A stretch of 64,000 nt of DNA, from assembly GCA_037481815.1 (NCBI GenBank), contig JBBFKX010000001.1:608001-672000 (forward strand). Direction: 5' to 3'. Under the pieces are notes generated by a model. That model worked only from the letters and a program-made list of their open reading frames with translations. It did not search any database and was not told the origin of the DNA. The DNA comes from a candidate division WOR-3 bacterium. GTDB taxonomy: Bacteria > Hydrothermota > 32-111. Positions 1-11,130 of the stretch are shown piece after piece; the stretch's first letter is position 1; every line of letters begins with the position of its first letter. The translations under genes and the position numbers were made by a program.

Positions 1-28
1 CAAATGTCCCAGGATAAATGATTTTCAT
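1..28 (-). CDS. coaD: Phosphopantetheine adenylyltransferase, N-terminal fragment (runs off window)
   Basis: Reverse strand from ATG at 28 reads MKIIYPGTF(D), the CoaD N-terminal YPGTFDP motif; AAGGAG RBS upstream; classic rsmD-coaD gene order. Confidence 0.85.
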
Positions 29-31
29 GTT

Positions 32-582
<551 letters not shown>

Positions 583-583
<1 letters not shown>

Positions 584-2151
584 CAATTTTTATTCAGTTT
601 AATGAACATATCTTTTATATCTTTTGAACCTTCAAACAATTCTAACGATTTTTTCACAAGGAAATCGTTCTGTAAATACACCTTATAGAAAAGTGTTTCA
701 CCTCCAATCTCTCTTGCAAACTCGTACAACAGTTGGTCTTTTACATTTTTTAAAATCGTAGAATCATTTTTTATTTCACTAACATTTATATTTTTTTGTG
801 ATAGAAAAGCAAGATATTCTTCAAAAACCTTATCGTTAAAATTTAATACGAACTTTTGATCAACTTTTCTCTGTGATAAATATTTCGAAACGAATTCCAT
901 CAATACCTGTTTAGTTAAAATATCTATTTCGACTTTCGATAATATCCTTTCCTGATAAACATAATCAGGTATTATCCCTCCTGATCCTGGTACCACCCTT
1001 TTCAATTCACCAAGAGTGTAATACTTGTTTGTATCCGCTTTCGATTTTTCATATTTGATCAATTCTCTGTCTATCGATCTCCCTGATGGAGTGAAATATC
1101 TTGCGGTCGTAAATTTTAAAATCCCTTTATCATTCTTATCATTTTTTGAAAAATCTATAACGGATTGAACAGAACCCTTTCCATATGTTGTATCTCCCAG
1201 AATTAAAGCCCTATCCCAATCCTGTAAAGCACCAGCAACTATTTCAGATGCACTAGCTGAACCATCATCCACAAGAACTATCAAAGGGAAAAAACCTCTG
1301 TAAATAGGTTGTGTTGCTTTAAAAACATAATCCATCGCAGAATTTTTTGATCTGGTCGAAACTATATCTGCACCTTTTGGTAAAAATATATCAGATATCG
1401 ATATCGCACTGTTGAGGAGTCCCCCGGGGTTCTGTCTGAGATCTATGATAAGTTTTTTTGCACCTTTTTTTTCGAACAACTCTTTAACACAGGAGAAAAA
1501 TTCACTTTCAACATTTTCAGTAAACTGTGTAAGTTTAATATATCCAACAGAATCTGATATCATCCCGTAATATGGTATCGATTTTATAACTATTATCTCT
1601 CTTGTTATATCAAAATCGATTATAGTTCCATACCTGTTAACTTTTAATTTTACTTTTGTTCCCGGTTGACCTCTCATCAAAGAAACAGCCATATCAACAT
1701 CCATCCCCTCTGTGGATATTGTGTCTATCATCATGATGATATCTCCCGCTTTAATTCCTGCTCTTGAAGCCGGGGTATTCTCTATTGGAGATATAACGGT
1801 TATGTATCCATCTTTAACTCCAACTCTGAAACCTATACCCCCAAAGGTTCCTGTTGTTTGGGTATAAAAATTCTGAAGGTCTTTATCTTTATAAATATAA
1901 ACTGAGTGAGGATCAAGAGTTTTTAACATACCATTTATCGCTTCATCAAGAAGTTCAGAATCTGAAACCTCTCTATAATATGAATCCTTTAGAAGTTGAA
2001 GAATTTGAACAAATTTTCTCATCTCAGGGTTGAAAAAGATATTCAAAGATGTCGTATTTTTATTATCCTGTCCATATGCAACAACGAACCATCCGATAAC
2101 GGAAACCGTCATGGATATCATGAGTAAGACAACAATAATATTTTTTTTCAT
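583..2151 (-). CDS. ctpA: Carboxy-terminal processing protease, S41 family with PDZ domain
   Basis: N-terminal TM/signal; LDPHS, GIG PDZ, DLRQNPGG, SASASEIV, GKGSVQ, TPSGRSI motifs. Confidence 0.93.
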
Positions 2152-2160
2152 CAAAAACTC

Positions 2161-2778
2161 CTAAATAAAATTTAAAACTATATTCACAATCTCTTTGTGA
2201 ATCTGTTCAATAGGTTGTGAACCATCTATTATTTTGAACCTTTCTTTATTTTCTCTCGCTAATGACAGAAAGGCACCCCTTACTCGTTTATGAAACTCTA
2301 TATCCTGACTTTCCATTCTATCTATCCCTTTTCTTCCCTTGATCCTTTCGATGCCTTTTTCAACATCAATATCTATTAGAAAAGTAACATGAGGTATCAA
2401 ACCACCAGTTGCGAAATTGTTAATCTCTATAACCTTCTGTTTTGGAATATTTCTTCCCTCTCCTTGATAAGCAAGAGTTGAATCAAAGTATCTATCACAG
2501 ATAACAACTTTTCCACTTTTCAATGAAGGTATTATTTTTTCAAAAGTATGCTGTGATCTGCTTGCAAGATAAAGAAAAAGTTCTGTCAGATAAACCATTT
2601 CACTATTCTCTTTATCAAGCAGAATCTCTCTTATCTTTTCAGATATAGGCGTCCCGCCCGGTTCATAGGTCAGGACGCATTCTATATTTTTTTTTATAAA
2701 GAACTCATAAAGTAGTTTCGCCTGAGTTGTTTTTCCACAACCTTCGATGCCTTCAAAGGTGATAAAAAGTCCTTCCAT
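2161..2778 (-). CDS. tmk: Thymidylate kinase
   Basis: FITFEGIEGCGKTTQ P-loop, EPGG, CDRY..S..AYQG. Confidence 0.96.
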   Translation of the reverse strand: MEGLFITFEGIEGCGKTTQAKLLYEFFIKKNIECVLTYEPGGTPISEKIREILLDKENSEMVYLTELFLYLASRSQHTFEKIIPSLKSGKVVICDRYFDSTLAYQGEGRNIPKQKVIEINNFATGGLIPHVTFLIDIDVEKGIERIKGRKGIDRMESQDIEFHKRVRGAFLSLARENKERFKIIDGSQPIEQIHKEIVNIVLNFI

Positions 2779-2779
2779 A

Positions 2780-3871
2780 CTATTTCTGAGAATATTTAGA
2801 GATATACTCTTCTGTCTTCTTTCTACATATCGAATCCGGGAATTGAACTGGCGGAGATTTCATGAAGTATGAGGAAGGTTCAATTTGAGGGCCAGAAAGT
2901 TTGTTATCAAGAGCAAGTTTCAAACATCTAATAGCATCAATTATAACTCCTGCAGAGTTTGGAGAATCCCATACTTCAAGTTTCAATTCAAGATTCAGTG
3001 GGACCTCTCCAAAAGTCGTTCCCTCCATTCTCAAGAAACACCACTTTCTATCTTTCAGCCATGCAACATAATCTGATGGTCCGATATGAATGTTTTCTTC
3101 ATCTATTTTATATGGAAGAATAGATGTTACCGCTTGTGTCTTTGAAATCTTTTTACTCTCAAGTCGTTCTCTTTCAAGCATGTTCAGAAAATCGGTATTT
3201 CCACCTATGTTCAACTGATAGGTTCTATCAAGACGAACTCCTCTATCAACAAAGAGGGACGTTAAAACCCTGTGTGTAATCGTTGCACCGACCTGTGATT
3301 TTATATCATCACCGATTATCGGCAGATTTGCATCTTTGAACCTTTTTGCCCAGTAATCAGATGATGCGATGAAAACTGGAATCGCATTTATAAAACCAAC
3401 TTTTGCCTGGAGTGCCTGTTCGACATACCATTTTGTTGCCTCTTCACTACCAACAGGAAGGTAGTTTATAACCATATCGGTTTTTGTATCCTTTAAGAGT
3501 TGAACAATATCCGCTGTCTTTCCAGGTGCTTTTTCTATTATATCAGCCAGATATTTCCCGATACCATCGTGTGTCATTCCCCTTTCAACTTTTACTCCCA
3601 GTTTTGGTACATCAGTAAATTTGAAAGTGTTGTTGGGATAAGCAAAAATCGCTTCAGAAAGATCTTTTCCAACTTTTGTTTTGTTGATATCGATAGCACA
3701 CGAAAATTCGATATCAGAGATATGGTATCCACCAAGATTAACATGCATCAATCCAGGGATCATATCGTTTTCTCTCGCATTCTTATAAAATTCAACACCC
3801 TGAACAAGAGATGAAGCACAATTTCCTACACCTATGATCCCAACCCTTATCTTTTTACTTTTCTTTGCCAT
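2780..3871 (-). CDS. ino1: myo-Inositol-1(3)-phosphate synthase, short actinobacterial/archaeal type
   Basis: [56 protein letters not shown]. Confidence 0.95.
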   Translation of the reverse strand: MAKKSKKIRVGIIGVGNCASSLVQGVEFYKNARENDMIPGLMHVNLGGYHISDIEFSCAIDINKTKVGKDLSEAIFAYPNNTFKFTDVPKLGVKVERGMTHDGIGKYLADIIEKAPGKTADIVQLLKDTKTDMVINYLPVGSEEATKWYVEQALQAKVGFINAIPVFIASSDYWAKRFKDANLPIIGDDIKSQVGATITHRVLTSLFVDRGVRLDRTYQLNIGGNTDFLNMLERERLESKKISKTQAVTSILPYKIDEENIHIGPSDYVAWLKDRKWCFLRMEGTTFGEVPLNLELKLEVWDSPNSAGVIIDAIRCLKLALDNKLSGPQIEPSSYFMKSPPVQFPDSICRKKTEEYISKYSQK

Positions 3872-4469
3872 TTTTTATAACCTCCTTCTTTTTTATTCCA
3901 TTTTTAACGATAAAAATTCTTTGAATAACAGTTATAAAAGTAAGGAATGTAAATAATGATATCATAAATTTATAAATATTCAATGGTAAAAAAGATATAA
4001 GTATCAAAAATACCATCCTCTCAACCCTTCCCATCAAACCTTCTTTACATTCGATTCCCAATCCTTCTGATCTTGCTCTCGTATAACTGACCATAATCGA
4101 TGAAAACATTCCAAAGATTGTCACAAGAGCATATATTTCCATTCGACTTTTAAAGAAAAAAAGTGCAATACCTGTTAAAACAAAAAACTCGTTAAACCTG
4201 TCAAGCGTTGAATCGAGAAACGCTCCAAAACTGCTCACCATATTCCTTTTTCTTGCAACCATTCCATCAAAAGTATCGTAAAGTGAACCAAACGCAAGGA
4301 TCAGTCCACCGTATATAAAAGAACCCTTTGCATATAAAAAACCTGCTAAAAATGAGATCAAACTACCAGTAATCGTTAAAACATTCGGATGTATTTTTAG
4401 TAAAATGAAAATATTTACCAGAGGATCAAAAAATGATCTAAAAAGATTTTTTACTCTATCATTTATCAT
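3855..4469 (-). CDS. pgsA: CDP-alcohol phosphatidyltransferase, likely phosphatidylinositol-phosphate synthase
   Basis: PNVLT, D..DG.VAR.....[11 protein letters not shown] signature, VSY.RAR.E motif typical of PIP/AIP synthases; overlaps ino1. Confidence 0.85.
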   Translation of the reverse strand: MINDRVKNLFRSFFDPLVNIFILLKIHPNVLTITGSLISFLAGFLYAKGSFIYGGLILAFGSLYDTFDGMVARKRNMVSSFGAFLDSTLDRFNEFFVLTGIALFFFKSRMEIYALVTIFGMFSSIMVSYTRARSEGLGIECKEGLMGRVERMVFLILISFLPLNIYKFMISLFTFLTFITVIQRIFIVKNGIKKKEVIKNGKEK

Positions 4470-5136
4470 CTTTATTACCCTCTATCAACAAAACTATTTC
4501 ACCTTTTCTAACCCACTCTTTCTTTAAAACATTTTCAGCAGTTCCTCTTATGAACTCTTCAAAAGTTTTTGTTAACTCTCTTGCTATAACTATATTTCTT
4601 TCAGGATCGATATCTGAAATATTCTTTAAGGTTTCATCAATTCTATAAGGAGATTCGTAAAATATCGATGTTTCACTTCTTGATAACGCTTCTTTTAATT
4701 TTTTTTCCTTTTTTCCTTTCTTCTTTGGGAGAAAACCATAAAAGGTAAAAGAATCTGTTGGAAGTCCAGAAGCGACAAGAGCCGTTATAAAAGCAGAAGG
4801 ACCTGGCAAGGGAACGATTCGTATATTCTCTTTTATAGCTTCTCTCACAAGATAAAAACCAGGATCGGAAACAAGTGGCATTCCAGAATCACTCAAAAGG
4901 CCACATACTTCGCCCTGGTTAATCTTATTTATAATAATTGGTGTCTTTTTAGTTTGATTGTGTTCTGTAAAAGAGATGTATTCTTTTTTTTCTATACCAA
5001 GTTTTTTAACGAATGCTCCAACAACTCTTGTATCCTCACAAACTATAAAATCACACTCCTCTATCGTCTTTTTAACTCTTAAAGAAACATCTTCAATATT
5101 TCCTATATCCTTTGGAATAATGTAAAGTTTATTCAT
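4459..5136 (-). CDS. rsmI: 16S rRNA Cm1402 2'-O-methyltransferase
   Basis: IGN.ED, CEDTR, SDSGMP.VSDPG, PGPSA, YESPYR, RELTK.FEE; start refined to ATG 5136. Confidence 0.94.
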   Translation of the reverse strand: MNKLYIIPKDIGNIEDVSLRVKKTIEECDFIVCEDTRVVGAFVKKLGIEKKEYISFTEHNQTKKTPIIINKINQGEVCGLLSDSGMPLVSDPGFYLVREAIKENIRIVPLPGPSAFITALVASGLPTDSFTFYGFLPKKKGKKEKKLKEALSRSETSIFYESPYRIDETLKNISDIDPERNIVIARELTKTFEEFIRGTAENVLKKEWVRKGEIVLLIEGNKDDK

Positions 5137-6097
5137 CTTTAAACATCGTATAGTTAAAAAATCCAAGAGATTTTAAAGCGAATCTAAAATCCTTTAAAGA
5201 TTTTCTAAAAATTTCCTCTTTGATTTTATCGTTACATATAACATCATAGGTTTTCATAAACCTGTTCACGAATTCAGCCATAGCTTTAACAAACTCATCT
5301 TTTGAGGCAAGAACATCTCCAGAAAGTTCTATTCCTGATATGGTTATATCTTTCATAAATTTGAAATCCTCATCGATATGTGATTTTGCTATGAGAGCGC
5401 CTTTCTTTGCAAATGTTGGTCCATATGAAACCGCAAACTCCTTTATTATGTTGTTAACACTTTTTAAAAGTAATTGTATCGTCGGAGGTGTTGCCTGCTC
5501 TATCTTTTCGGGGAGTTTATCGAATAGAGAAAATTTTACATTCGTTCCATCCTTTGATGTTGATTTTAAAATCTGTAGTAACAACGATGGAGTTATCGTA
5601 ACATTGAGTTTGTCACCAAAATATCCTCTTGTTGGTAAACCGTTTTCAAAAATCGAATAGAAGAACTCGTTTCCTTTTTTGATCTCAAGAAAACCTGAGA
5701 ATTTTTCTATACCGAGTTGGCCGATCATCTTTTCAACAGAAATTTCTGTATGATCTTTATCCTTTAAAATTGGAGACAGAGTGAAAGTGGAAACCATTAG
5801 TAAAACAAGTTCTTCCGGGACTTCATATATGTTTATTATTCCCACATTCGCTTCTTTTACCCTTTTCACAACCTCGCTTATCGATATAAGTTTTCTTGAA
5901 TTCTGTGAAAACCTTGCAGCATTTATCGGTTCACCCATAGATAAAAATATCAGGTCAACATCTGAAGGGTATATCAAAGAAACGTAACCATGAATCCTGT
6001 GTGACCTTTCCCTTTTTCCTGCATGAAGGATATTATCAAAATTTATAAATTCGATATTTGTATTTTCAAGAAGAGCCCTACCTCTTGGAAACCTCAT
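5129..6097 (-). CDS. Conserved hypothetical protein with two DUF4388/PATAN-like repeats
   Basis: 322-aa ORF in operon; two G(Y/F)xxI...F..G.P segments (HGYVSLIYPSDVDLIFLSMGEP; SGFLEIKKGNEFFYSIFENGLP). Domain call is by resemblance only. Confidence 0.55.
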   Translation of the reverse strand: MRFPRGRALLENTNIEFINFDNILHAGKRERSHRIHGYVSLIYPSDVDLIFLSMGEPINAARFSQNSRKLISISEVVKRVKEANVGIINIYEVPEELVLLMVSTFTLSPILKDKDHTEISVEKMIGQLGIEKFSGFLEIKKGNEFFYSIFENGLPTRGYFGDKLNVTITPSLLLQILKSTSKDGTNVKFSLFDKLPEKIEQATPPTIQLLLKSVNNIIKEFAVSYGPTFAKKGALIAKSHIDEDFKFMKDITISGIELSGDVLASKDEFVKAMAEFVNRFMKTYDVICNDKIKEEIFRKSLKDFRFALKSLGFFNYTMFKDE

Positions 6098-8175
6098 ACC
6101 TCATCCTTTTTCTGTTCAACCTGTTCAAAAACGATATATGAAAGATCAGAGAATTCAAGAAATATTTCCCTGATGAAAAAAAGGAGTGATAATCTTCTTT
6201 TTCTCTTTTTTTCATCACTATCGTTAACGAGAACATTATCAAAAAATTTATCTATCGGATCCCTTAAAGATAAAAGATTATTCAAAATGGCATCATAATC
6301 CTTTTTCTCAAAAAGTATCCTGTTTTTTTCCAGAACGGTTTTCCCATCTTCATAAAGTTTCTTTTCATAATCGTTATCAAAATCGAAATCTGTGATTTGA
6401 ATTTTTTCAAGACCTTTTAAAATATTTGTCACCCTTTTTTGACCTTCAACCATGATCCTGAAATTTTCATCGTTTTTCAAAGATATAACTTTTTCGCTTC
6501 TTATTTTTATATCAAACGGATCTATATTTTCATTCTGTAAAAATGATCTTGAAATATCATAATCGATGTTGTAACAATCTTTAAAGAAGATCTCTATTCT
6601 TTTTTTAATATAGGATATGATCTCATCGAAAAATTGTTCACCTTTAAGAAGGGAAGTCGACAGTTTAAAAAGTTTATACAAAGATATCGAGATATTATCT
6701 GTGATCAAAAATGAGATCAAAGAGAGTGTGTCCCTTCTCACATACATTATATCTTTACTTCCTGTGGGTTTATTGCCTGAAACGAAGGCAGATGTTATGT
6801 TATCAACTTTATCTGCTATGGAAAAAATTTTACCAAGTTTTGTTGTTGGATTTTTATCAAGAGATGTAACAGGCATATAATGCTCATAGGAAACTTTTGC
6901 GATATCATCATCAAAATTTTTCAACCTTGCATAATGGTAACCTATTATACCCTGTAATTTTGTGAATTCTTTCCCATCCTTTATCATATCCGTCGTTATA
7001 TCAAACTTGCTTATTATTCCAACCTGTTTTAAATCCATATTCTTAAGATCATCAAAACCAAGTATGTCTATAAGATATTTTGAAATTTCAACATCTCTTT
7101 CAACTTTATCATAAAAAGATCCAAGCCCTTCGCAAAAAAGCGTTTCTTTCAGTCGTTTTTCATAATCTTTCATACTCCTTGAAACATCGTTTTCAAAGTA
7201 AAATTGAGCATCCTCGAGTCTTGACCTTATTATTCTCTGGTTGTTGTTAACAATATCATCAGTTTGAGCAAAAGGTGAGTTCGAAATGAATACAAAATAG
7301 TTTGATAAGTTACCATCTTTTGTTTGTAGTGTAAAATATCTCTGATGTTGTTTTAACGCAGCTATTATAATCTCTTTCGGGAGTTTCAAAAAATCTTTTT
7401 CAAACTCTCCCCTGAATACTACAGGATACTCAACAAGGTAGCAAACCTCATCAAGAAGTTCTTCATCGTGAGTTAAAACCATTCCATCATCTCTTATAAT
7501 ATCTTTTATTCCTTCAAGTATCATCTCCCTTCTCTTTTCATAAGATGGTTCAACATAGTTTTCTCTCACTTTTTCAAGCCAATCATCACCGTTGAAAACT
7601 GGAATTTTAAGATTTCCTGTATTCCTGTTACCAAAGGTGAAGTTGCTACTTTTCAGATTTCCAATCTTTATTTCAAGTTGTTGGTTGTTGAAAAATGAAG
7701 TCACCCATCTGATCGGTCTTGGGAAGGTTATTTTTGAATCATCCCATCTCATCCTTTTTTCAAATTCTAAAGAATCGATTATATTAAAAATGTTTTCAGA
7801 AAAAATTTTCCAGACCTCAACTCCTTCCTCTTCCTTTTTATACCATACATATCCATCCTTTATCTGGATATCATCCTCTTTGATGTTTCTCGAATTTAAA
7901 AAACCTTTTCCAAGTTCAGTTATCTGACCTTCTTTGTAGAACAATCTTTCCTGAGGGCCTTTCAAAAGTTTAACACTTTTTTCAGTTTTTTCAGGTACAT
8001 TCTCAATAAAAAATGCCAGCCTTCTTGGAGTGAGATATATTTTCAGTTCAAAATCTTTTATGCCTTTTGAAATCAAAAACTCTTTTAACCTTATCGGGAA
8101 ATCATTTTCAATTTTTTTCAAAGCTGAAAATGGTAACTCTTCAAAACCTATCTCAAAAAATATTTTATTTTTCAT
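6094..8175 (-). CDS. glyS: Glycine-tRNA ligase beta subunit
   Basis: [18 protein letters not shown]....F.RPIRW, LVEYP, HQRYF, EF..LQG..G, FFDNV.V; start refined to ATG 8175. Confidence 0.95.
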   Translation of the reverse strand: MKNKIFFEIGFEELPFSALKKIENDFPIRLKEFLISKGIKDFELKIYLTPRRLAFFIENVPEKTEKSVKLLKGPQERLFYKEGQITELGKGFLNSRNIKEDDIQIKDGYVWYKKEEEGVEVWKIFSENIFNIIDSLEFEKRMRWDDSKITFPRPIRWVTSFFNNQQLEIKIGNLKSSNFTFGNRNTGNLKIPVFNGDDWLEKVRENYVEPSYEKRREMILEGIKDIIRDDGMVLTHDEELLDEVCYLVEYPVVFRGEFEKDFLKLPKEIIIAALKQHQRYFTLQTKDGNLSNYFVFISNSPFAQTDDIVNNNQRIIRSRLEDAQFYFENDVSRSMKDYEKRLKETLFCEGLGSFYDKVERDVEISKYLIDILGFDDLKNMDLKQVGIISKFDITTDMIKDGKEFTKLQGIIGYHYARLKNFDDDIAKVSYEHYMPVTSLDKNPTTKLGKIFSIADKVDNITSAFVSGNKPTGSKDIMYVRRDTLSLISFLITDNISISLYKLFKLSTSLLKGEQFFDEIISYIKKRIEIFFKDCYNIDYDISRSFLQNENIDPFDIKIRSEKVISLKNDENFRIMVEGQKRVTNILKGLEKIQITDFDFDNDYEKKLYEDGKTVLEKNRILFEKKDYDAILNNLLSLRDPIDKFFDNVLVNDSDEKKRKRRLSLLFFIREIFLEFSDLSYIVFEQVEQKKDEV

Positions 8176-9019
8176 GATTTTCTCTTCTCTCAACATACTT
8201 TTTGGCAACCTTTTTAGCGAGATTTCTTATTCTCATAATATAGTTTGCTCTTTCTTTTTGTGAGATCACACCTCTTGCATCAAGGAGATTGAAAAAATGT
8301 GAACATTTTATAACATAGTCGTAAGCTGGATATATAAGATTTTCTTCGAGTAATCGATCAACTTCTTTTTCAGATCTCAAAAATTGATCCATTATGAAAT
8401 CTGGATCAGATTTTTTGAAATTGAAAATACAGAACTCTTTTTCCTGTTCAAGCATAACATCTTTCCAGGTTAACTCATCATTCCATTTCATATCAAGAAT
8501 CGAATTTTTTTTCTGCACAAACATCGAAATCCTTTCTAGTCCATATGTTATTTCAACAGGTATAACTTTTAACTGCAAAGATCCAACTTGCTGGAAATAT
8601 GTGAACTGTGTTATTTCCATACCATCCAGCCACACTTCCCATCCAAGTCCTTTGGCACCAAGAGTTGGAGATTCCCAGTCATCCTCTACAAACCTAATAT
8701 CATGTTTTTTAAGTTCGATTCCTATATATTCAAGACTTTTAACATAGATATCTATAACATCTGACGGTGCAGGTTGTAAAATCACCTGATACTGGTAAAA
8801 CTGTTGAAATCTGTTCGGGTTTTCACCATACCTGCCATCTTTTGGTCTTTTGGAGATTTCAAGATATGCAACATTCCACTTACCATTATCAAGGACTTTT
8901 AAAAATGTCGCTGGATTAAAAGTTCCAGCCCCAACCTCACTGTTGTAAGGTTGGTATATCAAAGCTCCATTTGATGCCCAATACTGGGACAATTTTAAAA
9001 AAATGTCCTGAAAATTCAT
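8165..9019 (-). CDS. glyQ: Glycine-tRNA ligase alpha subunit
   Basis: [51 protein letters not shown]. Confidence 0.98.
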   Translation of the reverse strand: MNFQDIFLKLSQYWASNGALIYQPYNSEVGAGTFNPATFLKVLDNGKWNVAYLEISKRPKDGRYGENPNRFQQFYQYQVILQPAPSDVIDIYVKSLEYIGIELKKHDIRFVEDDWESPTLGAKGLGWEVWLDGMEITQFTYFQQVGSLQLKVIPVEITYGLERISMFVQKKNSILDMKWNDELTWKDVMLEQEKEFCIFNFKKSDPDFIMDQFLRSEKEVDRLLEENLIYPAYDYVIKCSHFFNLLDARGVISQKERANYIMRIRNLAKKVAKKYVERRENHEK

Positions 9020-9038
9020 CTTTTCTCCTTCTTCAATA

Positions 9039-9114
9039 TCGGAGCGACTGGATTTGAACCAGCGACCCCCAGCCCCCCATGCTGGTGCGCTAAACCGGGC
9101 TGCGCTACGCTCCG
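9039..9114 (-). tRNA. tRNA-Pro(GGG), CCA not encoded
   Basis: CGGAGCG/CGCTCCG acceptor stem, GCGC D-stem, CCAGC-ATGGGGG-GCTGG anticodon arm, GGTTCAAATCC T-arm. Confidence 0.96.
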
Positions 9115-9131
9115 ATATTTTTAAAAGTATT

Positions 9132-9159
9132 ATTATATAATATAATTTCTAAAATTCAA
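9132..9159 (-). promoter_or_regulatory. sigma70-type promoter for the tRNA-Pro-glyQS operon
   Basis: TTGAAT-N16-TATAAT. Confidence 0.7.
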
Positions 9160-9183
9160 TATATTTAAAGCAACAAAATTCAC

Positions 9184-9211
9184 TTGAAAAGTAACTTAAA
9201 GGAAATATAAT
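9184..9211 (+). promoter_or_regulatory. sigma70-type promoter for the alkaline phosphatase gene
   Basis: TTGAAA-N16-TATAAT, followed by AGGAG RBS and ATG 9238. Confidence 0.7.
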
Positions 9212-9237
9212 CTATCATAATTAACAGGAGATAGAAG

Positions 9238-10437
9238 ATGAAATCAAAACTATTTTCAACTTTTTTGTTTTTAGTTATCATTTTTAATTTTCTTTTTCCA
9301 GAAAATCTTGTTGTTATCATAACCGATGGAATGAATTTTGATTGTTTATCCATCATAAGGAAAATTTCTAAAGACCCTTTAAAAGAGATCTCTTTTGACA
9401 GATTCTCTCAGATCTTTTACTGTGAAACAACTGCCGATAAAACATATATCACCGACTCAGCAGCTGCTGGCACTGCGATATTCACAGGAACAAAAACTGA
9501 AAATGGAATCGTAGGGTTAAACAGCAACAAAGTTGAAGTAGAAAACATTGTCGAATTCTGCCAAAAAAACTCGATTCTGACAGGAATCATAACTAATACA
9601 AGAGTTACACACGCAACACCAGCATCCACTTTTGCTCACCTGGACAACAGAAACAAAGAGTATGAAATAGCATACCAGTTGAGCAAAAAAAATATAGATC
9701 TGATAATGGGAGGAGGGATAAAATATTTTGAAAAGAAAAATAGATTTGATAAAATCGACCTTTTAAAAGAATTTCAAAAGAAAGGATATCTTGTGATAAA
9801 GGATAAATCTGGTTTAAAAAAAGTTACAGAGAAAAAGGTTTTTGCTCTTTTCTCAGATTCACACCTTGATTATGAACTCCAAAAGGACACAACAAAACAA
9901 CCGACATTGACCGAAATGGTTGAATATGGATTGAAATATCTTGATGAAAAGGCAGAAAAAGAGAAAAAAGATTTTTTTCTGATGATTGAATCGGGAAGAA
10001 TCGATCATGCTTCCCATTACACACTTTTCAGTGAACTCTATTTTGAACTTCTTGAAACTGAAAAGATGGTAAAAACAGTTTTAGATTTCGCTTCGAAAAC
10101 AAATACAACAGTGATACTTGTATCGGATCATTCAACAGCAAATCCTGTGTTTATTGGAACGTTTACAGATTCTACACTCCATACGATGGATTCATATTTT
10201 GTTAAAAATTTTGATAATTCAACGAGAGAGAATACAGTAAAATCACTCGATAGTTTTAAAGTAAAATTTACAGATATCTCTGAATTTTCTGGAGAAAAAG
10301 AGGAAAGCTCATACAGAGGTGATCATACAGGTAGCGATGTTCTCGGATTTTTCTATTCCAGAAATTTCAAACTTGAAAAAATATTTTATCGAAACGATCA
10401 GATCTTTGATCTGATGAAAAAAATTTTAAAGGATTAA
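9238..10437 (+). CDS. Alkaline phosphatase (PhoA family), secreted
   Basis: Signal peptide; DGM, TDSAAAGTA (catalytic Ser), HATPA, ESGRIDH..H, SDH, HTG.DV. Confidence 0.92.
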   Translation: MKSKLFSTFLFLVIIFNFLFPENLVVIITDGMNFDCLSIIRKISKDPLKEISFDRFSQIFYCETTADKTYITDSAAAGTAIFTGTKTENGIVGLNSNKVEVENIVEFCQKNSILTGIITNTRVTHATPASTFAHLDNRNKEYEIAYQLSKKNIDLIMGGGIKYFEKKNRFDKIDLLKEFQKKGYLVIKDKSGLKKVTEKKVFALFSDSHLDYELQKDTTKQPTLTEMVEYGLKYLDEKAEKEKKDFFLMIESGRIDHASHYTLFSELYFELLETEKMVKTVLDFASKTNTTVILVSDHSTANPVFIGTFTDSTLHTMDSYFVKNFDNSTRENTVKSLDSFKVKFTDISEFSGEKEESSYRGDHTGSDVLGFFYSRNFKLEKIFYRNDQIFDLMKKILKD

Positions 10438-10440
10438 AAA

Positions 10441-11130
10441 ATGAAGGAGATGTTATCATCTTTGAAGATTGTAAGTGAAAACATTTTTGTAAAAGATCTT
10501 TCCGAAGGTGGTTCGGGTAATATTTCATTTTTTTTACCTGATAAAACAAAGAAAAAAGTTTTAAATGAATTAGAACTACCGGAAAAGTTGAAGAACCTGA
10601 AAGATAAAAGTTTTATGATAACATCAACCGGTAGTAGATTCTATATGATAAAAGATGCACCTGAAAAATATATTTCACTTTTTTCAATAGATAAAGATGG
10701 AAGAAAAATTCTACTTTTGAATGATAAAAACCCATCCTCAGAGATTTTTACTCACCTTTTCATTTATGATTCTCTGTTTAAAAATGGACAAAATTCAAAT
10801 TGTATTTTACATGTTCATTCAAAATACTCATTGGTATTAGTATCATTTTTATCTAAAAATTCTTTTAACATTTCAATGGAAAAAACTCATACTGAGTTTG
10901 AAGTAATCTTTAAAAGAAAAATTGAAATAGTCAAAAGGATCAAACCGGGATCTTTAGAACTGGCAAAAGAGTTGGCAAAAAAATCTTTAAATTCCGATAC
11001 GATAATTTTAAAAGATCATGGAATTTTTTCTTATGGAAATAACTTGCTCGAAACCTATGATCGGATTGAGGTTCTTGAATCCATATCAAAACTATATTTT
11101 TTAAAAAAACTTTTTACGAAAACCTTTTAA
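10441..11130 (+). CDS. Class II aldolase/adducin family protein (RhaD-like)
   Basis: GNIS, TSTGS, PSSE..TH, HVH, PGS.ELA, HG metal-binding residues. Confidence 0.82.
   Translation: MKEMLSSLKIVSENIFVKDLSEGGSGNISFFLPDKTKKKVLNELELPEKLKNLKDKSFMITSTGSRFYMIKDAPEKYISLFSIDKDGRKILLLNDKNPSSEIFTHLFIYDSLFKNGQNSNCILHVHSKYSLVLVSFLSKNSFNISMEKTHTEFEVIFKRKIEIVKRIKPGSLELAKELAKKSLNSDTIILKDHGIFSYGNNLLETYDRIEVLESISKLYFLKKLFTKTF

Noticed and set aside
2780..4469. Di-myo-inositol phosphate (compatible solute) pathway
   Set aside because: No inositol-phosphate cytidylyltransferase domain or gene is adjacent, and the transferase motifs fit PIP synthase better; not fully excluded
9020..9237. T-box riboswitches upstream of glyQS, thrS or leuS
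   Set aside because: No room for a leader and no GGTGGNACCGCG T-box motif
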